From Phoronis australis (lineage: Eukaryota; Animalia; Phoronida), in NCBI GenBank assembly GCA_002633005.1, contig NMRA01000066.1:1-64000 (forward strand): a DNA stretch of 64,000 nt. The letters are read 5' to 3'. Each line of letters opens with the position of its first letter. Position 1 is the stretch's first letter. This document shows positions 12,601 to 25,810 of this stretch, piece by piece. The notes beneath the pieces are model-generated. The model saw only the letters and a program-made list of their open reading frames with translations. It made no database searches and was not told the origin of the DNA. The translations under genes were made by a program, and so were the position numbers.

Positions 12601-15600
12601 AAGACTTGTTTCGACGTTTACTACACAATACAATACAGCTTTGCCAGATGAATCTGTAGACCTAAGCAGAGCTTGACGTGGTAGCTAGATTGTGATTTCA
12701 CGCTCTAGGCGCCTAGGACAAATAAAGTGTCCAAACCTTACAACGTTTTACAAGGAGTCAGAACGGAGACTTACGACCGTCTTTAGGTTTTGAAGCCGCT
12801 ATTTCCACGTCTTTTCACAAAGTCAGTGAGTGNNNNNNNNNNNNNNNNNNNNNNNNNNNNNNNNNNNNNNNNNNNNNNNNNNNNNNNNNNNNNNNNNNNN
12901 NNNNNNNNNNNNNNNNNNNNNNNNNNNNNNNNNNNNNNNNNNNNNNNNNNNNNNNNNNNNNNNNNNNNNNNNNNNNNNNNNNNNNNNNNNNNNNNNNNNN
13001 NNNNNNNNNNNNNNNNNNNNNNNNNNNNNNNNNNNNNNNNNNNNNNNNNNNNNNNNNNNNNNNNNNNNNNNNNNNNNNNNNNNNNNNNNNNNNNNNNNNN
13101 NNNNNNNNNNNNNNNNNNNNNNNNNNNNNNNNNNNNNNNNNNNNNNNTCGGTTGTGATAAGTTCGGTCGTCGTTTGCTTTTGTTTACGAGTCAGTCAACA
13201 TGCCACGCTGTTGCTGCCTACCGAGATGTACTCATTATCGTCTCACGTACAAAGGAAGAACTGTCCCACTTGCCCGAGTGTCCCGCGACACACTCCAAGT
13301 GGATGGTGACTTGAGCACCCAAACTGCTTACATCCCGCCGTTTGACTCCCTCGTCACACACGTAGCACCTTCTAAATAGCCCCAATACAAGTCCACAATA
13401 AACTTATCAAACTTAGGCTCACCGATCTGTTCATTGGATGACGAACTGTCCTTTTCACTGGGTGTCAAACTGGGCCTGTATTCACTCCCACTACTCAACA
13501 TCGCTGCAGGGCTGCTTACAGGCTCTGGGCTAGAGACAACAGCACACGGGGAATCAGTACTAGTTCCTGGAATTGCACCCTATTGGGTACGTTCGGAGGC
13601 ATGACAGTAGATGAAGTTCCTCCAGTCACTGTATATAGTGGCCACAGCTCGCTAGGCTTCTCGCTTCAAAAAACCGCATTTCTCGGGGGGTGGCGACGGG
13701 GCACTGCCGGGAATCAACAGCGACGGTATGGAACCCTTCTTAAGGCGTTGTTTCGCAGGGACCTTCATCAATTCAGCGTACATATCTCTGTCGTAATCTG
13801 ACGGCTGAAAATGCTTGCCACTGCTTTGTACGTTGCGTGAACGGGTAGCGCTGCGTTCTTTACACGAGCGAGCACGCCAAGTACGGCGAAGTGTGTCATC
13901 CTTCGGAAAGCGATGCAAGGTACCCAAAGCGCGTGTGAGACGATAATGACTACATCCTGGTACGCAGCAACAGTGTGGCATGTTGACTGACTCGTAAACA
14001 AAAGCCAACGACGACCGAACTTATCACAACCGAGGTAGAACAATGACTGACTCGACTGTTCTCACAGTCAGACTGTATGAAAAGAAATTGGCGCGAAATT
14101 CTTGCCTCCCAAAACGTCACTTCCGGAGTAGAGGACGAGAAATTAATTAAATTACGAAAAGATGTAATTAAGTAAAAAATATGTCTGGGAAAATCAACAG
14201 ACCTTGTTTTTGCTAAAAGTGACATGAAAAAAGGTTGCCTTCGCCTTTAAGGTCTGCAATGAATACCTGCGACTTAGCAAAACATGTCGCACGTCTTATC
14301 CTAGTTGCTGAAGTTTTCAAACTATGGACAACCTTCAAAGGACACCACACTTCTCACTTTTATCAAAGGACACCACATTTCTTACTTTTAAGCATTTTTT
14401 CTGTGGACCAAGGAAGAAAGCAGATTTTAAGAGCGAGTTGTTGTCCTCTGTGCACACTTCCCCTTTCTTGCTGTGTTCAGGCAAGACAAAGTCGCAGTTT
14501 AAGCAAATAGCGACAAATTGTGTTAACGAATATCTTCCATCTCTCAAGGACCTGGACTGACGTTTGTCGCTTATCCCGCTGGGCTGGCCCAGATGCCAGC
14601 GGCACCGTTTTTCTCCGTTCTGTTCTTCACTATGCTACTTACGATAGGGCTTGATAGTCAGGTGAGTCAACATATTGTACGTAGACGTTTTTTGCGATAT
14701 CCACTGTAACTATTGATGTACTGTCTATTACCATAGATAGACTTGGTTGTCTTTAGATGGACTTAAGTTGCTATCTCTATCGATAGACTTATTATTACAA
14801 TCGACAACTATGCATCTTTGAAATCAGACAGCGTCATTTTGTGGTCATCAAAAGAAAACAATTCAGTCAAGCACTATTTTAGTTTTCGAAGTACCAACAA
14901 CAGGTCGTTTCGATATTATTTAATCCAGAGAAGAATTTGCACCGCCAAAACACCGTCGAGTCCTTATAGTCACCTAGTTTTCGTCATTTTTCATTCAAAA
15001 GGGTTTACGTTTTGGCTAAACTCATGTTCGAATTCTTTTGCAAATAACGTTTCAGTTCGCGATGATGGAGACGGTGATCAGCGGCGTAGCTGATGAGTTT
15101 GCGGACGTCTTCCATGGAAACCTCAAAGCCAAAGTCATTTTCACCGGGCTAATATGTCTAGTGATGTACTTGTTGGGACTTCCAATGACGACGAAGGTAA
15201 GTAGCAGCGTTGTATATATGAATACAAGATGTCTAGTTCATGACAAGAAGCGCATCTGAACATTTGCTAAGCTTTGACAACTAAGTTTATTCCTTCATGA
15301 AAAGTGCATCCAAGACCTCACAAGACTGGAGAATACCCGGCAATGTCGGCCTACGTCATCAAGAAGCGGAGCAATGCAGGATTTCGAAATTTGACTTTTT
15401 TTAGTGGTTAATTTTCAATTTACACGAAAACATAGTTAATAATTCAAACGAAGTACCCGGGTAAGCAAACTCTCGTTTTTTGGTCATCAACGTTATTGGA
15501 GGACATCGAAAAAACCTGACCAACAACTAAATGTAGACAATGAATTCACATGTCTGTGACAGGTCCACCTTCTGTACACGTTTGTGTAATCGGTAAGACA

Positions 15601-18600
15601 GTCTTCAAATGGACGTAGAATTCAACTGAAACGACTTAATGCTAAAAACTGTCTCTTCCGCAACGAACAAAAAGAAACACTTAGTAAAAATATAATATCC
15701 GTTATGGAAAGAGCGGAGTGAGTCTTCGACTGTAGCTAGGGAAGAGCGAGCCCAATTGTGACGCAGATTACGTGTAATAATCCCCATATCTCCGTAACTA
15801 GTAGTTTCTCCTCCCGCTGACCTCTATCCGATTATGCATAATGACTTTTCAGCAACCTCCAAAAATACGGAGCCCGTCGATGAAAGCATTCTGTTTTATG
15901 ACCAAAAACGTTATTTTGGCTACTCAAGTAAAATATTCGTCTTTCAATGCTTCATGTCTGCATGCTGTATACAGTGATTCAATTACGAAAGCATTTCATC
16001 ATGAAGTGCTTTGATGTCGGGCTTTCCAAATGTATCATCTGTGTCGAAGAAAATGTCAACTATGAAACCCTTAGGTGTCGCTTTACCTTTCTCTACGTTT
16101 TAAGTGTGGTACCTATTTTACATTAAAGTTCGCAATTATTTGAAAAAAAAACTAGCTTTCCACGTGTGGTAGCGATGTCGTTAACAGGGCCGAGTCAAGA
16201 ATGTTACAATTAACCCCATAGAATTTCAACTGGTAACACTGTATGTTACAATTTACCTCACACATGGGCCATAATGTAACACCCTATACACCGTTTTCAA
16301 CATTTGCTACAGATGAACAGATTTCACATCCTCACCATGTGGGAAAATAATGAACTACCGTCATGCTATATATCAAGTTAAACGCTTCAGTAGTTGGGAA
16401 GAAATTTTCATTCAAATGAAAAGTTGATAAAACGCCTCAGTGGAGTAGAGTAATCTGTCTTTCCTTACATTTCAAACCCTGTTTTAGGCAGGAATTTACT
16501 GGTTGACATTGATGGACAATTATAGTGCCAGCTATTCTCTGATGTTTGTCGTTCTATTAGAGATCGTCTGTATCATGTACGTCTACGGTGAGTCCTGCTC
16601 TTTGAATTAGCAATCACCTATATAAAGAAAAATTGTAATATCAAAGCTTGGGTCTGTTTCATGCAGACTCGATCTTACGCTCTCTTCAGCTGGGAGAGGT
16701 TACCCAAATACATTGTTAGCGGTATCGCACTGTTGAAATAATTTATAGAAATTGTATCAGTTACCAGCAGTTGTGTGAGAATACTCATAGATTTTTCACT
16801 TTTGCTCAAGTATGGTTGAGTTATTATTCAGAAATACTTGTGGGGAGCGCAGAACCAAGTTTCTGACTTAAGTGTTAAGTCACTTTTCACAAAACAGACC
16901 CCTGCGCTTGAGGTGTTAAGTTGTTCTCGAACAATTGCGTTCGCCAATGTTTAATGCAGTGGAAATGAGCGATGTGATTTCAAATTGAGAATGAGCAGAT
17001 TCTGTCACGAGACAATTTCAGGGACCCTCCGTTGTTGTTGATCCCTAGTTACATATTGGAAAATATTTCACTTACGATGGAATAGACGTAAACACAGTTC
17101 ACGAATAGAGAATGACTTATCGTTCACATTCAAGCAAGTACTTTCTTAAATAAAAAGTGTATTTTTAGGATTTCGTCGGTTTAGCGAGGACATCTGTATG
17201 ATGATTGGTTTCAAACCCAAGTATTACTGGTTATCAACGTGGTTGTTTCTGACACCAGCATCACTGTTCGTAAGTCTACTGAGTGTGGCTAAATTACAGC
17301 ACTTGTTAGCTGTCTGGAAAAACTTACTTGCTGCCCAGACTAAAGCAAGACTGTTTAATCGTGAGTGTGAGTCGTTGTGTGGAGGGTGTCTGTCTAATAG
17401 GGAAAAACATCGGATGGTCGTGATCCTGTTGGGAAACTGGATGACCGTGACACCTTACTGAGGAGTCATGGCTACTGTCCTCCATTTTATTCGTTGTTTT
17501 TGTCGTACGATATGTGTCGGGCTATCATAAATGCCTGTAGACAGCTATTGCAACAGGGAGGTGCGATGATTAGAGGACCTTTAGCCTCATCTTGCTCTCC
17601 TTCTTCCTGTCTATAGCCAATTGTCCCACTCCCGCCGGGTTGTCCGCAGTCCACGTCAGACATCCTTGAGAATTGCTAGCCTGTTCACTGACGGCTTACC
17701 AATCAAAACACAACATTGTTGGCACACGTTGGTCTGCCTTTCCAAGTCGCCATTTTACCCGACAAACAATTCTTCGTAGGTGACTTATCACGAGGGGGCG
17801 GAGATTGCAATAGGTCAATTACTCATAAAAGTCTATGTACCTTTTGTTTTATCCCCAAATTCAGAAGAAAGAAGTTCAACAATCGAGCACTATTAAACCA
17901 CACATGTATTTGTTCAGTGAGACATTCTTGAAAGATCACGGTTTTAAGAAGGAAGGTTAAGAGGTTGTCGATATGCGAGAGTCGCAAAATAAATGGCTTA
18001 AGCACTAGTTTATTGTTTAAGAAAAATGGCTTTAATTTGAAATGCAAATGTGCATTTCATTCCTTTTTACGATCTAAACATTGCAATTGCGGAATTAACT
18101 GTGACAAAAGTTCTCAACTTTTCCCTTACCATGGACATGGTGGCAGTTGCTACCAACAAAATGAATTGAAGGTCACCAGAAATTGACTAGAAACGGCTCA
18201 ATTTTGGATGGGTTGGTCAACCCCGCCAAAAGTGTTTCCTTTTTGATACTTCTTTTACGTCACAAACGTTTTTAAGTTTGTTTTGCACGCTATCTGCTGG
18301 CCACATCCCCTGACCTAATGAACACAAGTATGACCAGACTTAAAACAAATGTTTGCGATCTACATTTCCACGCCCCTTCAAAATTTACATATTCATATAC
18401 TTCTTTAAGTTGTTGACGTCAACGTGTTTGAATATGAGAATCATTCTTGTCGTGACCTTGAAAGGTTTTTGACATGGTTTCTTTAATCGAGAGCCTGATT
18501 GATAATCCCCATTTTAGGTGAAGAAATAAATTGCCATGTATCTTTAATAGGACTGTCAGTGGACAAAACTGGTTCAAATATTTACTTAACATTTCAGATT

Positions 18601-20340
18601 CATGAGTGAACAATTTTTATACCAATTTGATCCACCGAAGTTTGTCCTGAGCAGTCTCCTTGAAATGTCAGTCTTTTTAAAGATTAAAATCTAGAAATGA
18701 ATATCTGTGAAATAGTGAACCTGCACTGTTTAAATCAGTCATCTTTACTTTAAATTTTACTAGTGTTCTCTGTTCCACTTGTGGAACAAAACTCCCGTGT
18801 TATACGCCCACTTGCCAGTAATTTCCTACTAACCACACACGTTAGTGTAGGTTGGCAGCAAATTTTCACTGATACAAGTGCGGTTGAAGATAATGCCGTC
18901 TTTTGCCGATTCGAGCGTCTCGGAGGAAGCTAGAATCTACAGAAGCCAGTGTTGCCTTCAAGTGTACTTGTATTTGCGACCAAATACATGTATCAAACCG
19001 TGATGGGAAGGCGTGAATTGTTACGGTGCTACGTAGCTATGGTCAACCTTTCACCAATCAGATGCTATTTGTTTGCAGTTTATATTTATCATGTCTTGTG
19101 TGGACTTTACCGGAGCAGAATACGGGAATTACGTATTTGAAGAGTGGGCTCAAGTTCTGGGATGGGGTAACGTTGCCGTTAGTGCATTGGCGATTCCCGT
19201 CTGGATGGTGATCGAGTATTATCGCACCAACAAATGTGTGTTCGTAAGTAAAGCATTGTTGCACTGTTAATGTTACTTCCTGTCACTTGCTTCGCCAAAA
19301 AGTGCGTTTCCAGTAATGCTTGCTACTCTCGATATCTCGGCACACTCGCAAGATATAACCCTTACTTAAAGCGGCATCAAATCCCTCTTTTCTGCCGAAA
19401 ACCAAATTCTGGCGGGATTTAGGTCACTTTCCTGTATAAAATTGGTCTTAACTTGTTTCTTACTCAGTTTAAAAAAGTGATCTCTAGGCTCAGGAGGAAC
19501 TGGCCCTTCGTTATTTTTAGACCAAGCTCATGGAATTTTTACAAACCTATTCACGAGCCGTCAGACCTTTCAAGGTCTGAAATCACCCGAAATTTGACGA
19601 ATTTTTACGTGATCCGAATGACATTGCTGACGCTCCTGGGTTGCGTTCCGCAGACTGTTAGACATCAACCTGCACTTGTAGCGAAAAATCTCTGCTCATA
19701 GAAGGAAAAAGTGAATTCAGTTCCATCCTCACCTAATCACTACATTTAGCTAGGATAGGCTTGTAAGCACCTGAGCATACTCGCGAAACACTTGCCTTTC
19801 ACTCGTGAGTGGTATTGTTTTTTCACTTGGTCAACGAAACGCTCCAGGGGCCCGCCAACGCAAGACACTCGCGAGTGACAACTAGATTGATCTCGTGCTT
19901 CGCTTTTAATGCATACCAATATCTCGAGAAGCCTTGCGCGGTTTCACCTTTCTCTCAAGAAATTTGCTTAACGGGACGCAGCCCAGGACAGAAAATCTCA
20001 ATCTGTGCAGTACATGAAGTTAGTGCGAGAAGTTGCTATTCCAGTTCAAAATTACAAACTTGCCTAGAATGTTTTTTCGCACAAACATTATACGTTTCGA
20101 TAATTTCAGGGTCGGGTAGAGATGCGTAAGGTGCTTATCCCCGAGACGAACTGGGGTCCCGCTCACAAGGCGGACCGGACCGGTCGGTACGCTTTGCTGG
20201 ACGCCAGCAAGGCACCGGCACTGTTAACACAACAGAGCGATCCTGTGATTACCACTACACCCTCCGTCAGATATAACGGAGAAGAGGCTGAAGAAATAGA
20301 GCCGGAAGAACTCCAACGGCCTTATAGCAGTCTTCAGTAG
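3658..20340 (+). CDS. SLC6 sodium/chloride-dependent amino-acid neurotransmitter transporter (proline transporter SLC6A7 / glycine transporter-like), 14 coding exons
   Basis: Exons with GT-AG sites and consistent phase: 3658-3862, 4633-4764, 7484-7678, 10427-10463, 10785-10917, 11390-11524, 11748-11851, 12459-12583, 14549-14661, 15056-15196, 16488-16587, 17169-17269, 19079-19243, 20110-20340 (1917 nt, open to TAG). Motifs: [104 protein letters not shown] (PROT-like TM6), [19 protein letters not shown]. Start is ATG 3736 or an unlocated upstream exon. AATAAA at 20443. Confidence 0.95.
8151..8520 (-). mobile_element. 3' LTR (370 bp) of the BEL/Pao element
   Basis: Bounded by the inverted 6-mer TGTAGC...GCTACA; directly follows the integrase C-terminus and a PPT-like TTTTGGTGGTCAA on the minus strand. 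Confidence 0.7.
8521..10010 (-). mobile_element. Decayed BEL/Pao LTR retrotransposon (end of RNase H region, integrase, DUF5641-like C-terminus) in SLC6 intron 3
   Basis: Frameshifted fragments [136 protein letters not shown]. Confidence 0.93.
13148..14246 (-). mobile_element. Non-autonomous Kolobok-like THAP DNA transposon with a fold-back inverted repeat, SLC6 intron 8
   Basis: THAP from ATG 13981: [41 protein letters not shown]. Downstream decayed [30 protein letters not shown]. Terminus TTAA|AGGCGAAGG at 14250/14246. 13148-13246 is an inverted copy of 13935-14033. Confidence 0.7.
16650..16901. mobile_element. Harbinger-like MITE
   Basis: Ends GGGTCTGTTT...AAACAGACCC; a related end (TTCATGAAGCAGACCCCAG) lies near 30865-30882. 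Confidence 0.5.
17555..17700 (-). mobile_element. Probable 3' tail of an RTE-like LINE
   Basis: Minus-strand reading ...ILKDV...(shift)...LAIDRKK, resembling the AxDRxxW C-terminus of RTE ORFs; short and degenerate. Confidence 0.3.
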
Positions 20341-20566
20341 CTTGGTAAACTGTACTGCTCGATGTTTTTACTAGAAGTAGGAGGCGAGGCAGCTTGCCAT
20401 CAACATCGTGTGCACACGGAAGTGAGGTGTAATTTATGTCACAATAAACAATGGAAGAAATTCCGAAAGGGTTAACTTTTCAATCGGCAGCTCACGTTTA
20501 TTAAATCCGGACGAAAACAAATGCATTTAACATTGACACTAACCAAGCATAGCATATAATAATAAC

Positions 20567-20596
20567 GATGATGATGATGGTGATGATGATGATGAT
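20567..20596 (+). repeat. (GAT)n microsatellite
   Basis: gatgatgatgatggtgatgatgatgatgat; source of the poly-Met and poly-Ile ORFs. Confidence 0.9.
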
Positions 20597-21499
20597 AACA
20601 AAATCTTGGAAACTACAACAACTTATTAACTTGCTTTTAGATCTACATACTCCTGTCTTACGGTCTACGAAACATAGTTTTGTAGAGAGTTGTAAGAATA
20701 TAGACTTTTGTAAAAGCCAATTCTTTAAGTGGGAGTTTCCTTCGTCCATCGTTTTCACTATTCCGTATTAACCCCTCTCGCGGTTGACAAGGTTGGAATG
20801 AGGAGCTTCGAGATTGGGTACTGACGTTGAAAATGAAGAGTTTACTATTTTTCTACTTAAAATACATTTATTGGGAGTTACAACACAAACACCTGGATAT
20901 AACAATGGGCAGGTTAAAACAATGAACTGATTACAATAAAATGACCAAAGACAACCAAAGAAACAAGAACATAAAAGAGACACGTATTGATGCAAAAATT
21001 TAAAGATACTAAGCGACTGCCATGAATTTCGGATAATAAGCCCGAAGACGTACAAGTACATTACGATAATGGCACATTTTAGTTTTCTAGTACACATGCG
21101 ATCCTATAAACGGAAAATGCGCCAGTGAAATGGAATGACAAACACATGCAGTTAAGAGAGTCTATGGAACCATGACGTCATATTCTAACATGTCAGTTTG
21201 GCGAAAAGAAGGAAAGAACTGCGGGCAACCGGTGAATGGGCTTGTCATTCGCCCCTCAGTCCAATCACCCTAAAGATTTTCAGAAGTATAATGCCTGTAT
21301 ATCGGGATGTTTTCAGAAGGATTAATCGTATCATGATTGACATTCTCAGTACAGCGATATCACGGAGAAAGACTTCTGCCAAAGCCTGAAGATTCGACGT
21401 GGCCAGAAACCGATCACCGTATTCGCAGTATTACCACAACGTCAACTTGAGTTGTTTTTGTTCAGAGGTCGCTGACAGCCACTGGTCTGTAGCAAGATC

Positions 21500-23260
21500 T
21501 CCATGTGCCAGGCTGACCGCATGACAAAATGAGGAGGAAGGCCAGTGGTAAGAATGACATGACTGGTGATTACGCACACGAAGAAAAACTTTCACGCCTC
21601 CAAAATGTTCACAAAACAATATCAAGCAACTTTGAGAACGAGCTGACAAGTGATAAGGAGGTTGCAGCTAGAAATGACTTGACTAGCGATTACGTACCAG
21701 GTCTCATTTGATCACGAGGTAATACTTTAGCACACACAGGCCATCTAAAATGCTACAGCACCAATTTGTTTCAATTTAATGTTAACAAGCACGTACTCAA
21801 CTTTACACTGTCTGAACTAAAGCGCGATCGTACAGCAGCGATAGACAAAGGATCATCAGACAACCACTGCCAAGATTTAGTACCAAAGAAGCTTAACAAG
21901 ACAGATTTGTAGGATTAGGCGCATCAGCAAAAAAGGAGGTCCTTACTTGTGACTAACATGGAATGCTCTACTGATTCATGAGGAGCACTATTCGTAGCGA
22001 ATGCAGTATCCGCCAAGAATTTGTGGCTTGAAAGAAACGGTCAATCCAAGAGAATCGGTGATTACCAAATGACGTCAACTTATACCAGATATTGATTTAT
22101 TAGTTTTCAGACTGAATCGCAAATTGGCCACGTTCGCATCTTTGCACCCAGACTCGAGCTCTTTTGCAGTGGCAGTGGATACCTTTTCGATCATTGAGTG
22201 GAGTCCATATTACTCGTTCATTTTCATTTCAGTTGGTTGGTCTAGTACTACGGAGATTGGAGAAGAACAAAGCAACAGCTCTGGTGATTGTGACCCTCTG
22301 GTAAACGAGACCCTGGTTCGTCCGTACTCTTTCTATGGCTGCAGCAGATCCGAAATTCTTCCGCGACATTGTCTTTTTCTGCCTCAGGACTTGGATGGAA
22401 CTCATCAGTTAGAACAGAAGCTCACTTTAGAAGCTACGATACTGTCCGGCGACTCTACGAGGAACGTTATCGAGGACATGGAGGACGTCTTCTCACAAAC
22501 AGTACGAGTCGAACGTCAGGAGCTGAGACAAGTTTTGTAGAAAAAGGAAAGTAGATTTTCTTTAGTCCCTGTGACTCCAGTGTTATCGTTTTTGGATATG
22601 CCGTTCAGATTGTTTGATATAGGATACAGCAGTCAAAACACCGCCAGGTCGACATTGTCTACATCTATTTACATTGATAAAAAACTTGTTGAAACCGTTT
22701 TGGTTAAGCGGTTTTGATGAGGTGTTTTTAATTTGAAACGATACAACATAACAAGTGTTGAGCGAACCCTGGACATTGCAGACACGTTAATGTCGGACTG
22801 TGGGCTGTTTCTTAATTAGTTACATCCGCCACACATGCGTAAGTCTCTTCTGTATTTCGTTGTAATGTAGCATACCGGTAGTCACGTTTTATTCACTCTA
22901 ACATCGAATCTATATTAATCAATATCTCTTGTTAACCATCATGGCTCAAGGAGTACATGGGTCAACAACAAGGGTTGTGGAAACCAGTGTTATGCCATTT
23001 GAAGTTTATGGTTCCCGTTAGGAAGCCGAGTTTGCAGATGTCTCAGAAGCTAGCTAGGATATTCTTGTTGTCGTCTAGTCAACGGACCGAAGTTTTGTCC
23101 CTGTTGGATGTCCGTAACACGTACATTAGTTTTTATAGTGTTCAATTTACAATTGGTGACTTAGTGAAGCAGACTCGACGAGGTCATCGTGTAGCTCAAG
23201 TTGCAAGAGCAGCTTATGCTTTCTGTGTCAAAAGTTTGCCCTCCATACAATCAGTACTGA
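21500..23260 (+). mobile_element. Decayed DIRS-type tyrosine-recombinase retrotransposon (MT-like region, YR N-terminus, possible gag remnant)
   Basis: FASLHPDSS..AVDTFSIIEW (DIRS F.SW.PDP..A.DAFS..W), LVIVTLW*TRPWF, VLSFL..GYSSQNTARSTLS..LVKRF**GVFNLK, KLARIFLLSSSQRTEVLSLLD..F.IGDLVKQTRRG (YR catalytic Arg region). Left boundary approximate. Confidence 0.75.
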
Positions 23261-23519
23261 GAAATTTGACTTGCGGGAATTGGTGACATCATCTCATGTA
23301 ATTCCCAAGAATGCAGTTCACTGCACCTGGCGACTCATAAAAAATTATTCAGTGCTTTCATCAACTACAAAAAGTGCTCTCTCCCTAGCACCCTCTCTCT
23401 CTCTCCCTCCCTCCTCGCTTCTAATATCTAATAGCCTTTCTTGGTGTGACGTGATGTTCGATTACGCGTTTTATTCGGAGTTTTGGACTTTAGTTGTAAT
23501 GAACAGATATCCCATTCCA

Positions 23520-25810
23520 CATCTGCAAGGAAGCTACAGGAGACCATACACTGAGCAAACTGGAGTCAGCGGCATCGTGCATAGAGGCCTATGGAGGAAG
23601 CAAATTTCCGACGATGGGTCGAGTGATTCTAGGTGTTTCGAGATTTGATAGAAGATGCAACATCAGATGTCTAGTGGTGGATAATCCCAATGGAAGACCC
23701 CTGCTAGGGGAGAAGGCGTGCGTTGGTTTGAAAGTACTCAAATACACAGACAACGACGAAATGAGACGACCGTACACTAAGGATGCCAAGATATTCAAGA
23801 TTACCACGACGACGGCATCAAAAATAGTTACAAAAGAAGATTTGGTAAAAGCGTTCCCAGATGTATTCAGTGACAAGGTGGGAAAGTTTGACAGGGAGCA
23901 CCGCATCGGACTGGATGACAGTATGCCAGCTGTACAACATGCACCACGCAGGGTACCAGTGCCCCTCAGGGAACCCTTGAAAGTTAAGCTGTAGGTTCTT
24001 GTCAAGGATGGGATCATTGCCCCGGTTGAAGAGCCCACAGAGTGGATCAACTCTATGGTTGTTGTTCGTAACAAAGACAATGACCTGCGCATCTGTTTGG
24101 ACCCCAAACACATGAATGAGGCCATTCTTCGAGAGCACTAAGAGGTGCCAACCGTGGAAGACATCGCTACAAGATTACACAACGCAAAAGTATTTTCCGT
24201 GCTCGACGTCACCAAAGGATTTTGGCATGTACCTTTAACAGGAGATTCATCTCGGCTGACAACCTCCCACACACCCCTTGGGAAATATACATGGCTCCGT
24301 CTCCCCTTTGGAATTAAGTCAGCACCAAAGGAAAACACACGAGCTTATACAAGGTTTACGTGGCGTTGAGGTTCAGGCGGACGACTTCCTGGCAGTCGAT
24401 TTGGGGACACTACAGAAGAAGCTGTACGTGATCACAACAATCTCTCTACATTTTTACAGCGATGTAAGGACAAGCATGTAGTACTGAACCATAAGAAATT
24501 CAAGTTTAGGCAATCCTCTGTGGAATTCATCGGTCACATAGCCTCGGACAAAGGTATTCAGGCCGACCCAAGTAAACTCCAAGGTATTTTGGAAATGCCG
24601 TCTCCAGAAGACGTCAAGGGTGTCCATACACAATACTTGGGTAAGATTTTTCGCAACCTCTCCAGTATTGTGGAACCTTTGACAGCGCTTATAAGAAAGG
24701 AAGTTCCTTGGTCCTGGGATGTGCAACAGGTGCAGGCGTTCGATAAACTCAAGCAGGCCATCGCAAGTATTCCCGTTTTGTGATACTGCAACCTGGATGA
24801 AGGGCTGAAGATACGGTGCGATGCATCCCAGTCCGGACTTAGCGCAGCGTTGTAAAAAAATGGACAACCCGTGGCCTACGCATCTCGAGCACTTACTTCT
24901 GCAGAGCAAAACTATGCTCAAAACGAGAAAGAGCTATTAGCCATTATCTTTGCCAGTGAGCGATTCAATACATACATCGATGGTAAAGACCATATGACAG
25001 TCAACACAGATCACAAACCCTTGGAAATGATTGCAAAGAAGCCCCTGTATCAGTCACCGAAAAGGCTACAGCGCATGTTCCTAAGGCTGCAGAAATAAGC
25101 ATTAACCATTACGTACGTTAAAGGAGAGAGCCTTTTCTTAACAGATACTCTTAAGTAGAGCATATCTGAATGATACCTGTGAGGTGAAAGAGGTAGTGAC
25201 AATCAACCATGTAGAAGAATCGGATGCTTTGACAACTGACCTTTAGAGACAATTGATAGCGGTGTCAGCCGAAGACCCAGTTCTTTCGGAGCTGAACAAG
25301 ATGGTTCTTGCTGGCTCACCAGGCACACGCAGCGCAGTTTCGCAGGTTCTACGTCACTACTTTGGTATGCGCGACCAGCTGGTGAGCGAAAGGCCCTTGG
25401 TGTTTATGGGTCTATTCGACGGGCTAGAGAGTCCATGTACACCGGGCATGGCAGGTGACATCAGAGAATTCATCGCACAATGTGACACGTCTGCCATATC
25501 GGTCAAATCAACCAAGGGAGACTGATGGCTCATCCAGTGATAACCTTACTATGGGTGACGATTGCGGCTGACCTGTGCGAGTTCAATGGGAGAACTTTAC
25601 TTGGTGCATTTCTACAGCTATCATATAGAAGTCGCCAATTTGTCTTCAACGACATACAGAGCTGTCATCAAAGAGATGATGAGAATCTTCGCTGTACATG
25701 GTGTTCCTCAGGAGGTCTTTAATGGGTCTCAGTTCAGTGCAGCAGAATTTGCAGTGTTAACAGCAAAATGGAATTTTGTGCACAACACGTCAGGTCATCT
25801 CCTCGTTATA
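23520..25810 (+). mobile_element. Decayed Ty3/Gypsy (Mag-like) LTR retrotransposon pol: protease end, RT, RNase H, integrase
   Basis: FPDVFSDKVG..PAVQHAPRRVPVPLRE, PVEEPTEWINSMVVV..LRICLDPK, VFSVLDVTKGFWH..RLPFGIKSAP, QADDFL (YxDD site), CDASQSGL..PVAYASRALTSAEQNYAQNEKELLAI..TDHKPL, IAADLCEF..HGVPQEV..GSQF. Many stops and frameshifts; no LTR identified. Confidence 0.95.
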
